Position numbers and translations under genes: made by a program. Of a stretch of 64,000 bases of DNA, positions 1 through 8,306 are shown piece by piece. Source of the stretch: Candidatus Termititenax aidoneus (GTDB lineage: Bacteria > Margulisbacteria > Termititenacia > Termititenacales > Termititenacaceae); contig BGZN01000005.1 of NCBI GenBank assembly GCA_003864455.1, positions 9,280-73,279 on the forward strand, read 5' to 3'. Every line of letters begins with the position of its first letter. Positions within the stretch are counted from its first letter, which is position 1. Below the pieces are notes generated by a model. It was not told the DNA's origin, made no database searches, and was given only the letters and a program-made list of their open reading frames with translations.

Positions 1-313
1 TCCAGAAAATAAAAAAGCTGTGTTGTTGGCTTATTTGAAACAAATAAAATATGAAACAGTTGTGGCCAATGATAAGGCTATGGAGGTGGCAGAGCGTTTT
101 GTTGACCTCAAGGTGTTGAAACAAAAAAGTTTTGATGACTGCCAGCATATCGCTGTGGCAATAATCAGTGGTTGTGATGTGATTGTGTCTTGGAATTTTA
201 AGCATATTGTCAATCATAAAACTATTGCAGGTGTTAAAGCAGTAACAGCATTGGAGGGTTATAATGATATTTTAATTTATGACCCGTCTGTTTTGGTTGG
301 AGGTGTGGATTAA
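1..313 (+). CDS. PIN-domain (VapC-like) protein, 5'-truncated by window edge
   Basis: The ORF is open to position 1. Its C-terminal motifs (D..HIAVAI..G.D.IVSWNFKHI) resemble the PIN fold. Confidence 0.45.
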   Translation, partial: PENKKAVLLAYLKQIKYETVVANDKAMEVAERFVDLKVLKQKSFDDCQHIAVAIISGCDVIVSWNFKHIVNHKTIAGVKAVTALEGYNDILIYDPSVLVGGVD

Positions 314-492
314 TGATACATGATGTCCCAAGACCTAAAATAAGTCCTAAATTTACCATAGAAGATATTCATAAACTCCGTGAATGGAATTATGAAAGAT
401 TAAAAGACGCAACGCCGGAAGAACGCTTGGCGGATAGTCGTGAAGAAATTGAAAAGTTTAACGCCGCGCTGTTGGCAATCCCGGCATTGTAA
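313..492 (+). CDS. small hypothetical protein (59 aa), ATG overlaps the PIN gene stop
   Basis: An ATGA start/stop overlap at 311-315 gives a 59-aa ORF (MIHDVPRPKISPKFTIEDIHKLREWNYERLKDATPEERLADSREEIEKFNAALLAIPAL). It falls below the ORF-track cutoff. Confidence 0.2.
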   Translation: MIHDVPRPKISPKFTIEDIHKLREWNYERLKDATPEERLADSREEIEKFNAALLAIPAL

Positions 493-514
493 TCGGCTGA
501 TTGTGGGTTCAAAT

Positions 515-1528
515 ATGTTGCGCAAAATAAATGAAAACGAAACCGCGCGGTACAACGCCTTTGTCGCGCAGGCCGCGCAGGGACATTTCATGCAGACGAC
601 TTACTGGCGCGATTTGAAATGCGCTTTTGGCTGGCAGGATGCCGGACAGTATATTCTGGAAAAAGACGGCCAAATAATTGCCGGTTTTTCGCTTCTGCTG
701 CGCGCCAAATTTGGTCTAAAAATTCTCTATGCGCCGCGCGGTGCGCTGTGGGATATCGCAGATGAGGCGGTCACGGCAGAAACTTTGAATTTTCTGAAAG
801 ATTTGGCTAAAAAACAGCGCGCTTTTTTTATCCGTATTTCGCCAGATTATCTGGAAACGGACACAACAGCCAGGCAAATATTAACCAAGCATAATTTTCA
901 CTTTTCTAGAAAACAATTGCAGACCAAAGCCACTATGCTTGTTAATTTACAGTGTTCCGAAGATGAATTATTGGCCTCATTTCACGAAAAAACTCGTTAT
1001 AATATCCGTCTGGCCGAACGCAAAGGCGTGACGGTAGGTGAATTGCAAAATGAGGCGGAACTTCAGGATTTTTACCGCATAATGGAGCAAATGGCCGCGC
1101 GGCAGGATTATAATTTGCAATCTTACGATTATTATAAGTACATCTGGCAAAGATTGCCCATCGCTAAAATTTATCTGGCCAAATACGACCGCAAAATTAT
1201 CGGCGGCGTGGTGGTTTTTTCATTCAAGGATACGGCTTATTATATGTACGGCGGCTTTGACAGCGAGTACCGCAAGGTGATGGGCAATTATCTTATTCAC
1301 CGGGAAATAATGCGGCAGGGTCAGGCCGCTGGATTGAAATATTATGACCTGCAGGGTGTGCCGTTAAGCAAAGACGAAAATCACCCGATGCACGGTTTTT
1401 ACCGTTTCAAAAAAGGCTTCAACGGACAAGAAGTGGAGTTTATTGGCGAGTATGACTTTGCGCCGCTGGGCTGGCCGTATCAGCTCTGGCAAAATTGGCC
1501 TTTTGACCGGCGGCAATATTTACAGTAG
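515..1528 (+). CDS. FemAB-family peptidoglycan bridge aminoacyltransferase (FemX-like)
   Basis: The protein is about 338 aa from the internal ATG at 515 (MLRKINENETARYNAFV...). It shows FemAB-like features (HxxxYNIRLAERKGV, YYMYGG). The upstream part of the listed ORF is probably non-coding. Confidence 0.7.
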   Translation: MLRKINENETARYNAFVAQAAQGHFMQTTYWRDLKCAFGWQDAGQYILEKDGQIIAGFSLLLRAKFGLKILYAPRGALWDIADEAVTAETLNFLKDLAKKQRAFFIRISPDYLETDTTARQILTKHNFHFSRKQLQTKATMLVNLQCSEDELLASFHEKTRYNIRLAERKGVTVGELQNEAELQDFYRIMEQMAARQDYNLQSYDYYKYIWQRLPIAKIYLAKYDRKIIGGVVVFSFKDTAYYMYGGFDSEYRKVMGNYLIHREIMRQGQAAGLKYYDLQGVPLSKDENHPMHGFYRFKKGFNGQEVEFIGEYDFAPLGWPYQLWQNWPFDRRQYLQ

Positions 1529-1551
1529 TTAATATTCCCGGCGACGATTTT

Positions 1552-1800
1552 TTAAAAATCGATCAGCTCACGTACTTTAATGTTTAAAGTTTCACAGAGT
1601 TTCATCAATTGAAGCAAAGAAATATTAGCCGTACCTTTGATCATTCGATAGTAATAATAAATGCTGATGCCGGAAGTGTAAGCCAAACTTTCTTTAGTGG
1701 GGAAACCTTTGGCTGTTCGGAATTTCTCGATCCGCTTGCCTAGCCGTTTAAATTTAGGGTTGATAATTTCCCAATAACGTTCTTTTGGCGTTCTTTCCAT
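1552..1800 (-). CDS. XRE-family helix-turn-helix transcriptional regulator
   Basis: The 82-aa protein has a typical HTH_XRE core (ISIYYYYRMIKGTANISLLQLMKLCETLNIKV). It is divergent from the Cys-rich gene and has paired palindromic operators in the shared intergenic region. Confidence 0.7.
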   Translation of the reverse strand: MERTPKERYWEIINPKFKRLGKRIEKFRTAKGFPTKESLAYTSGISIYYYYRMIKGTANISLLQLMKLCETLNIKVRELIDF

Positions 1801-1817
1801 GATAGCCCATCCTTAAT

Positions 1818-1837
1818 CCTACTTAATTGAGTAAGTT
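1818..1837. promoter_or_regulatory. operator-like palindromic site 1 (CCTACTTAATTGAGTAAGTT)
   Basis: This is the first of two 20-bp near-identical copies. Its ACTTA-N6-TAAGT dyad overlaps the -35 element. Confidence 0.5.
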
Positions 1838-1839
1838 GC

Positions 1840-1868
1840 TTGACATCTTATAAACAGCGGCTTATAAT
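1840..1868 (+). promoter_or_regulatory. sigma70-type promoter (TTGACA-17 bp-TATAAT) for the Cys-rich gene
   Basis: A consensus -35 TTGACA lies at 1840-1845. A 17-bp spacer follows, then a consensus -10 TATAAT at 1863-1868. Confidence 0.6.
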
Positions 1869-1871
1869 TAA

Positions 1872-1891
1872 CCTACTCAATTGAGTAAGTT
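1872..1891. promoter_or_regulatory. operator-like palindromic site 2 (CCTACTCAATTGAGTAAGTT)
   Basis: This second copy has a perfect ACTCAATTGAGT palindrome. It lies just downstream of the -10, at the expected transcription start. Confidence 0.5.
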
Positions 1892-1926
1892 AATTTTAAG
1901 TAACAAATATCTAAGGGGGTATGTAT

Positions 1927-3930
1927 ATGGCGCGTTACAAATATAACCTGCCGGACGGAGAGACAGCGGTTGCCGGCGGGACACCAACAACGAGTACGGG
2001 ACTAGCTGAAACGGCTGAAAATAAAACGCAGAATTATTTATCCGGCCATGAAGCTTACGCGGCGGATTACAATCAAACAGTAGCAAATCTTAAAAAAGAA
2101 TATGAACACAGGTTAGCTCCTGAAATATCCGGCACAAACACTAGTCAGGATACCGCGAAAGCGGTGGCTGCAAATACAAAGACGAATCTGGATCTGCTGA
2201 GGGATGCGGTATCCGGACAGACCAGGATAGAAGCCAGCCAGATCACGACTTTGCGTGATGCGACAATTGGTCTGGTCAACTATAACAACAGCGCTGTTTT
2301 TCCCTGGGGTGAAAATATATCAGCCCTGTCTACCAAACTTAGAGCTAAGCATCTGGAAGAAGTGCGGCAGGTCATAGACGACGCGCTAAATAACGCGCGC
2401 TGTGTGGGCGGCTGCACATCGACTTGCGGGAGAGTCTGCGGCAATGACTGTGTGGCGGACTGCAAAGCCAGCTGCGGCGCGGCCAGCTGTACCAGCGAGT
2501 GCGGCGTGGCCTGTGCCACAACCTGCGGAGACGGGTGTAAAGAAGTTTGCGGTAAAACGTGCGCGTCATCTTGCGATGACGGATGTATAGGTTCTTGCGG
2601 GACTATATGCGCGGATGCCTGTGGTTCGGTTTGCGCTACAGGCTGCGGCATAGCGTGCGCATCTACTTGCGGAGACGGGTGTAAAGACGTTTGTGGGACT
2701 ACTTGTGCCACTGCCTGTGGAACGGCTTGCACGGATGGCTGCGGCGCAGCGTGTGCAACAACTTGTGGCGACGGCTGTAAAGATGCCTGCGGTGCGATTT
2801 GCTCATCTGCCTGTGGAACGGCTTGTACGGACGGTTGCGGCACAGCATGTGCGACAACCTGCGGTGACGGTTGTAAAAATGTTTGCGGTACTATCTGCAC
2901 GACTGCTTGTGGCGACAGCTGTACAGGTAATTGTGGCAGTGTTTGTGCTGCTGATTGCGGCGCAATCTGTACAAGTGGTTGCGGCTCTGCTTGTGCGGCT
3001 TGCGGTTCAGCTTGTCAGTTTAATACCTGTAGTAATACTTGTAATGCTACAAATTACCATTATTGTAAAGATGGTTGCGGAAAATCTTGTGGTGGTCATG
3101 CCAAAACAAATATAGGAAGTTGTTTAGGAACTTGCGGCGCTGGCTGCGGTAGCGGTTGTGCTAGTTGTACTGATACATGTAACAATACTTGCGGCGGCGG
3201 TTGTGTAGACGTTTGTAGTGTTTGTGGCACAAGCTGTGCGTCTGCTTGCGGTAGCGCTTGTGGCAGTGCTTGTGGCGCAGCTTGTATGTTTGCTTGCGGC
3301 ACAATCTGCGCGGATGGCTGCGGACAAAAATGCGCGTCCACCTGTGGTGACGGGTGTAAAGAAGTTTGCGGGGCTACCTGTGCCACTGCCTGTGGAACGG
3401 CTTGTACAGACGGCTGCGGACAAAAATGCGCGTCCACCTGCGGAGACGGGTGTAAAGATGTTTGCGGTACTACCTGTGCCATTGCTTGCGGCTCGGCTTG
3501 TACAGACGGCTGCGGACAAAAATGCGCGTCCACTTGCGGCGATGGCTGTAGAGGAGCTTGCGGCGAAGCCTGTAAGTCTGCCTGTGGAACGGCTTGTACA
3601 GACGGCTGCGGGGCGGCCTGCACCTCTGCTTGTGACGAGAACTGTACAAACGACTGCAGCGGGATTTGCGCGTCCACCTGCGGAGATGGTTGTGCCGGCA
3701 GCTGCGGCAAGGCTTGTGCTTTGGGCTGCGGGGTGAGCTGCGCGGTGGGCTGTTCGCAGACCTGCGATGCGGCGTGTAATATAAATTGTAATACAGACTG
3801 CCGGAATAATTGTTATGACGGCTGTGTCAGCAGTTGTTTTAATGGCTGTGCGGAAACAAGCCGATATGAACCCTATCCGTCTGTTGTAAAAACTCCGGGC
3901 AGTAAAGCCAATCGCGCGGCGGGGACGTAG
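1927..3930 (+). CDS. Cys-tetrad repeat protein (about 125 Cys at CxxxCGxx periodicity in 32-aa super-repeats), no signal peptide
   Basis: The ORF is 669 aa. An SD (AAGGGGG) at 1913-1919 favours the ATG at 1927 over the one at 1921. The N-terminal roughly 160 aa are non-repetitive. Then come about 500 aa with a cysteine every 4th residue (e.g. CGQKCASTCGDGCKEVCGATCATACGTACTDG repeated). Antisense ORFs over this region are repeat artefacts. Confidence 0.8.
   Translation: MARYKYNLPDGETAVAGGTPTTSTGLAETAENKTQNYLSGHEAYAADYNQTVANLKKEYEHRLAPEISGTNTSQDTAKAVAANTKTNLDLLRDAVSGQTRIEASQITTLRDATIGLVNYNNSAVFPWGENISALSTKLRAKHLEEVRQVIDDALNNARCVGGCTSTCGRVCGNDCVADCKASCGAASCTSECGVACATTCGDGCKEVCGKTCASSCDDGCIGSCGTICADACGSVCATGCGIACASTCGDGCKDVCGTTCATACGTACTDGCGAACATTCGDGCKDACGAICSSACGTACTDGCGTACATTCGDGCKNVCGTICTTACGDSCTGNCGSVCAADCGAICTSGCGSACAACGSACQFNTCSNTCNATNYHYCKDGCGKSCGGHAKTNIGSCLGTCGAGCGSGCASCTDTCNNTCGGGCVDVCSVCGTSCASACGSACGSACGAACMFACGTICADGCGQKCASTCGDGCKEVCGATCATACGTACTDGCGQKCASTCGDGCKDVCGTTCAIACGSACTDGCGQKCASTCGDGCRGACGEACKSACGTACTDGCGAACTSACDENCTNDCSGICASTCGDGCAGSCGKACALGCGVSCAVGCSQTCDAACNINCNTDCRNNCYDGCVSSCFNGCAETSRYEPYPSVVKTPGSKANRAAGT
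2400..3800. repeat. in-frame tandem DNA repeats (about 12-nt tetrad period, 96-nt super-repeat) encoding the Cys-tetrad array
   Basis: The motif ggacaaaaatgcgcgtccacctgYggWgacgggtgtaaagaWgtttgcgg recurs at about 3316, 3415 and 3511. TGY-GGN codon periodicity is visible throughout the region. Confidence 0.7.
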
Positions 3931-3932
3931 GT

Positions 3933-4220
3933 ATGAAAACTCTCGCTGTGCTGACCCGCGATGATATACGCAGTCTGGAGATTGCCATAAATAAAACAAC
4001 CTGCGCTCAACAAGCGCTGCGCGCGAACGCTATACCTGCGAACGCGCCAAAAACCGCGGCGGATAGATTTTTCCGCGAGGCGATCTTTGCGTATGCGGAC
4101 GCGCAATATTTGCAGGGGTATTTCTGGCGGGATCTGGCGCGGCGGTACGGAGTGGAGCAAAAATATATGGACAGGCTACATGTGGATTTTAATACGAACA
4201 AGTTGCTTATGAATGAATAG
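3933..4220 (+). CDS. hypothetical protein (95 aa), apparently translationally coupled to the Cys-rich gene
   Basis: The start codon lies 3 nt after the upstream stop. There is no recognisable domain. Confidence 0.4.
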   Translation: MKTLAVLTRDDIRSLEIAINKTTCAQQALRANAIPANAPKTAADRFFREAIFAYADAQYLQGYFWRDLARRYGVEQKYMDRLHVDFNTNKLLMNE

Positions 4221-4586
4221 TTGGATTATTGCGCCGGAAATATTTTGTCGGACAATGTAAAACAAAGGGAGAACATGTTGTGTCGCTTCGACGCAGCTCA
4301 GCGACCGGTTGTTGTGATGCGCGAGGGCGAATATTTTGCCGGAGTAAAAAGGGCTTTAACAAGCGGATAATACGGAATGAAAAATATAGACTAACAAATT
4401 ATGTTTACAGGAAGCAAAAGCAAAAGCGCCTAACCTGTAGAGCGGAGAAATTTAGTAAATCACAGAGTTGCGCGCTGGAGGCGAACAGAAAAAATATAAG
4501 TTGCTGTACCAGAGCTTTTGCGGTTAAGAAGTTCTGGCCAGTTGCGGGTGCAGGGCGGCTTTGGAGTCCGGCGGGCATTTTCTTTG

Positions 4587-4622
4587 GATACTTTCTTTTT
4601 TGCTCGTGAAAAAGAAAGTATC
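4587..4622. promoter_or_regulatory. 14-bp-stem hairpin (GATACTTTCTTTTT-N8-AAAAAGAAAGTATC) immediately upstream of the radical SAM RBS
   Basis: A perfect inverted repeat ends 26 nt before the ATG at 4648. It could be an attenuator or processing structure. Confidence 0.35.
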
Positions 4623-4647
4623 AATTAAGGCAGAAAAGGAATAGTTT

Positions 4648-5847
4648 ATGATACCAGCTATCAAGAATTATGAGGGATTGAGTGTTACGTTCCAGGTAAC
4701 GGAGGATTGTAATTTAAGGTGTAAGTATTGTTATGAAGTGGATAAGAAGCCCGGAGATTTGCCATTTGAATATGCCAAAAAGTTTGTAGACATAATCTTA
4801 GAGGATGAAGACCCGATCAACGCCAAAGGCACGGATAGCGAGTGGATACTCCAACAAGGATTAATAATAGATTTTATCGGCGGAGACGCATTAATGACGC
4901 CGGAATTGCTGGATAAAATACTGACGTATTATCAGTACAAGGCAATAACAATGAATCACAAATGGGCGTACCGCTGGAGAGCCTCTATTTCCAGCAATGG
5001 GACATTGTTTGAAGACCAGAAAGTAAGGGATTTTATGATGAAGTATAAAGATAATCTTTCGATAGGCGTATCGGTAGATGGTTGTCCGGAGATACACGAT
5101 AAGAACCGCATACATAAAGACGGCCGGGGGACAATGAAAGATATACAGAAATGGTGGGATTGGTATTTGGAGTGGCACGGAATAGATAGCGTGGCGACCA
5201 AAGCTACGTGTAATAAAGATATGATACCTTATTTAGCCAAATCGATAAAATTCTTGCATGAGGAGATGAGATTAAAGCATATAAACATAAACTTTATCTT
5301 TGAGGATATGCACTTAACAGAGGACGACCTAAAACAACTAGACGAGGAAATGGAGAAGTCTACAACGTACATATTGGAGCACAGAAACGATTTACATGTA
5401 AGTATGTTCGATAAAGGCTTTGGCATAGGCGAGCCGCTGAAAGACCCGGACAAGGGTTGGTGCGGCTCAGGATCAATGCCGTGCCTGAGTATCAACGGCA
5501 AGATATACCCGTGTTTCAGATTTAGCCCGAACACGATGCACAGCAGGAAGTTAGATTTTTATGTAGGGGACATTTGGAATGGACTAAACCATAAAGAACG
5601 GTTTGAGATAGTCCGAAGTCAGACTAGAAAGAAAATTTCTCCTGAAAAATGTCTGACCTGTAATGTAGAGTCCACCTGCGCGTGGTGTATAGGTGGAGCA
5701 TTCGCGGAGAAGGGGGAATTTTACCGGCAGACGAATATTTGCGAGGTGCACAAACTGCAGAGCAAGTGGAGCAGGAGATACTGGGAGGAGTACGATAAAT
5801 TAGAGGGCACTAAGTCTTTCGACGAAAACGGGAAAGTGATTTTGTGA
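4648..5847 (+). CDS. radical SAM/SPASM-domain maturase (anaerobic sulfatase maturase-like)
   Basis: An N-terminal CNLRCKYC (CX3CX2C) motif is followed by GGDALMTPE. The C-terminal region has extra Cys, including CLTCNVESTCAWC, which is an exact CX2CX5CX3C SPASM signature. Confidence 0.85.
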   Translation: MIPAIKNYEGLSVTFQVTEDCNLRCKYCYEVDKKPGDLPFEYAKKFVDIILEDEDPINAKGTDSEWILQQGLIIDFIGGDALMTPELLDKILTYYQYKAITMNHKWAYRWRASISSNGTLFEDQKVRDFMMKYKDNLSIGVSVDGCPEIHDKNRIHKDGRGTMKDIQKWWDWYLEWHGIDSVATKATCNKDMIPYLAKSIKFLHEEMRLKHININFIFEDMHLTEDDLKQLDEEMEKSTTYILEHRNDLHVSMFDKGFGIGEPLKDPDKGWCGSGSMPCLSINGKIYPCFRFSPNTMHSRKLDFYVGDIWNGLNHKERFEIVRSQTRKKISPEKCLTCNVESTCAWCIGGAFAEKGEFYRQTNICEVHKLQSKWSRRYWEEYDKLEGTKSFDENGKVIL

Positions 5848-6346
5848 TTTAGTCCGGCAAATATATTTACCCTCGCGAACACGGCATAGCACTGAAGGTT
5901 ACGTTCGCTACGGGTAAAATATTTGCCGGACTGAATTTGGTGAATATTTAGCAGAGCGAATATTTTGCCGTAAGCGCGTCTGGCTCGAACTTAACAAGCA
6001 AAGCGAAGTTAAGTGAGAGTCCACCACGCGCGGCGGTAAAGATATTCGCTCTGCGGAAGGGACGGAGTGTTTAGGTAAAGTCGCTTCGACGGTTCGACAT
6101 CTCGACTTCGCTCCCTTCGGGGCTACGCTCGATGACCGCAAGCTCACCGTCCCAAGCTCAGCGACCGGTTGTTGCGATGCGCTGGCAAAGGTATTTGCCG
6201 GACGTGAATGGCCTCCCCTTGGCAAGGGGAGGCGGCTAAAAATTTGCCACAGGCAAATTTTTGGCGGAGGGGTGTTTTGCGGAGCAAAACATTGGTTCAT
6301 GTAAGGTTATTATACGAGGAACAAAAAATAAAAAGGAGGAAAAATT

Positions 6347-6721
6347 ATGACAAAGAGCAATAACGAGGAAGCAAAAGAGACGAAGCCGGAGGTGTGCCCG
6401 ATCTGCGGGAAAGTGCATCCGCAAAGAGAGGACTTGAATATTAAAGCGACACGGGACGAGGTAGAGAGCTTGATACTCATAAACAACCGGGTAAATGTGG
6501 CGGAGCAGGCGGCGCGTCCGACGGCCTTGCAGCAGGGGGTTACGCAGGAGCAGGTGCAGGTGTTCGTGAATGCGGCGCTCAATGCTAAGGCAGAGGCCAT
6601 GAATTTACAGCGGCAATGGTGGAATGAAATATTCGCCAAGTATCCGCAATTACCGAGAGACAAAAATGTGTTTGTGGATTTTGATACTTGTGATTTCTAC
6701 TTGAACTTAACGAGCAGCTAG
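6347..6721 (+). CDS. hypothetical small protein with N-terminal CPICGK zinc-ribbon-like motif
   Basis: A strong RBS (AGGAGG) lies at 6333-6338. The 124-aa ORF sits between the two radical SAM genes. Confidence 0.5.
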   Translation: MTKSNNEEAKETKPEVCPICGKVHPQREDLNIKATRDEVESLILINNRVNVAEQAARPTALQQGVTQEQVQVFVNAALNAKAEAMNLQRQWWNEIFAKYPQLPRDKNVFVDFDTCDFYLNLTSS

Positions 6722-6890
6722 GCTGCGAAGTTAAGTGAAAGTCACAAGCCGCTGAAAGCGGCGAAGTGCTAGTGCAAATAGAGCGATAGCGAAGTTACTT
6801 GTTGCTCTCACTTCACTTCGCTAACGCTTGTGAAGTTCGAGGCGGTCGCAAGGCCGCTGGAAGCGGCGAAGTGTTAGGACAGATAGCGCA
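6722..6890. repeat. REP/MITE-like dispersed repeat copy between the two radical SAM-locus genes
   Basis: The copy reads gcgaagttaagtgaaagtcacaagccgctgaaagcggcgaagtg ... cgaagttacttgttgctctcacttcacttcgc. It has internal inverted symmetry and shares words with the tRNA-flanking repeats. Confidence 0.55.
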
Positions 6891-8123
6891 GTGATAAAAC
6901 AACCATTGTATGAAACTGTTAATAAAGAATTAGGGGATTATCCCCCTGAGTATTTTTGTGAGCGATTGAGAATTTGCAGTGTGTCGCTGCAAGTAACCGA
7001 AAAATGCACGAATCACTGCCGGCATTGCGCTAATTACGGTTCTCCGCAAAACACAGCCAGTTTAGATTTTGCTGTAATTAAAAAAGTTATCGTTGAAATG
7101 CTTGAGCAAAAATATTCTCTGCTCTTACTTTGGGGCGGTGAGCCTTTTTTGTATAAGTATTTTTATGAGACTATAAAATTTGCCTTTGCTAGCGGGATAA
7201 AAGATATTGGCGTAAATACCAATTGTTTTTGGGCTGTGTCAGAAAAAGCTGTGGAGGGATTTATAAAAAAAGTAGCATCTTGGCAGAACAATGACCAAAG
7301 GCTTACCTTGTCGATTAGTTGTGATAGATTTCATCAAGAGCAAGAAGCAAGCACGCCTGTAAAAAATATTGTAAATCTAATAGCTGTGTTGGAAAGAGAG
7401 GGGCTTGATTATGATATACAGTCAATATACACCGAGAACGATACTGTTTTTGAATCAGTCTTAACAGCTCTGCGGGAAAGAAATGTGCCTGTGGATAATG
7501 TTAAAAAACGCCGAAGAGTTCTTCCTTTGGAATACATTGGCCGCGCGGCACAATTATCTCATAAGACTGATTTTGCAGCGGAATATAACTGCGCTTTTTT
7601 AAATAAAAATCCAGAAATATTGCTTTTTGTTACGGCTGGCGGGCAAGCTGTTTTTGCTGAAAATTTTGTGGGAGATAAGCTGCTGCCTTTTGGCAATATC
7701 AAAAATCAATCGCTGGCCGATATCGAAAACGAAATGAATTCTTGCAAGATCTTAAAATTGATCCGCCTCTGGCCGAAAAAATTCTTCTTTTACCCGTTTC
7801 GTAAATATTTAGATTTACAGGATTTTTGCTGCGACTTATCCGATGGTAAAATTAAAAATGCGTTTTATGTACGGGATAAAGTGACGGAAATATTACAAAT
7901 TAAAGAAAAACAATTCGACATGTCAGACAAACTGCAAGCTGCCAGACGAATATACAGCGGTGTGAATGAGCTGCCGGAACAAGAGTGTCTGGATATTATT
8001 GAGCGTTACGGTGATCTTTCCGATGTTTTTTATCTGCGGGAATTAAACGGAAAAATTACCACTGAGCAAAAAATTCAAACAATTTTAGCCACAACATTTT
8101 CTATGAGCGGAAATCAAATATAA
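6891..8123 (+). CDS. radical SAM protein (no SPASM domain), GTG start
   Basis: A CTNHCRHC (CX3CX2C) motif sits near the N-terminus, followed by LLLWGGEPFLY. The C-terminal half is not recognisable. Confidence 0.7.
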   Translation: MIKQPLYETVNKELGDYPPEYFCERLRICSVSLQVTEKCTNHCRHCANYGSPQNTASLDFAVIKKVIVEMLEQKYSLLLLWGGEPFLYKYFYETIKFAFASGIKDIGVNTNCFWAVSEKAVEGFIKKVASWQNNDQRLTLSISCDRFHQEQEASTPVKNIVNLIAVLEREGLDYDIQSIYTENDTVFESVLTALRERNVPVDNVKKRRRVLPLEYIGRAAQLSHKTDFAAEYNCAFLNKNPEILLFVTAGGQAVFAENFVGDKLLPFGNIKNQSLADIENEMNSCKILKLIRLWPKKFFFYPFRKYLDLQDFCCDLSDGKIKNAFYVRDKVTEILQIKEKQFDMSDKLQAARRIYSGVNELPEQECLDIIERYGDLSDVFYLRELNGKITTEQKIQTILATTFSMSGNQI

Positions 8124-8306
8124 ACACAGACTGCTTATAATCCGCCTGTCCAGTGGTGTCCGGCACGGTTTTCTAGGTGCGGCCGGCGATCTCCAGTTTT
8201 TTGCGGAAGCGTGTTACCAGAGCCATCGGCAGGTGAATAAAATGGTCATTGCGGCGTGATTTTCTCGCTGGGATAACGCCGGACAAAATGTTAAGATTTC
8301 CGCTGT

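Noticed and set aside
440-514. N-terminal 25 codons of the listed FemAB-family ORF (MKKLKSLTPRCWQSRHCNRLIVGSN)
   Set aside because: It overlaps the preceding small ORF and lacks similarity to Fem proteins. The ATG at 515 restores a canonical FemAB N-terminus.
2280-3999. Long antisense and alternate-frame ORFs over the Cys-rich gene (2280-2900, 3096-3710 and 3124-3999 on the minus strand; 2693-3115 and 3218-3736 on the plus strand) with PQPSVQAVPQA-type repeats
   Set aside because: They are frame-shifted or complementary readings of the TGY-GGN periodic repeat. They have no start context. The sense frame has a strong promoter, an RBS and a coherent domain structure.
4229-4609. 126-aa ORF in the intergenic region upstream of radical SAM gene 1
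   Set aside because: The region is composed of dispersed-repeat words and hairpins, it has no RBS, and the peptide is low-complexity and basic. It is more likely structured non-coding sequence.
6347-6721. Considered the 124-aa protein as the RiPP-type precursor peptide of the radical SAM enzymes
   Set aside because: It has a single CPICGK motif and no repetitive core. The 668-aa Cys-tetrad protein is the far more plausible substrate. It is kept as a hypothetical accessory protein.
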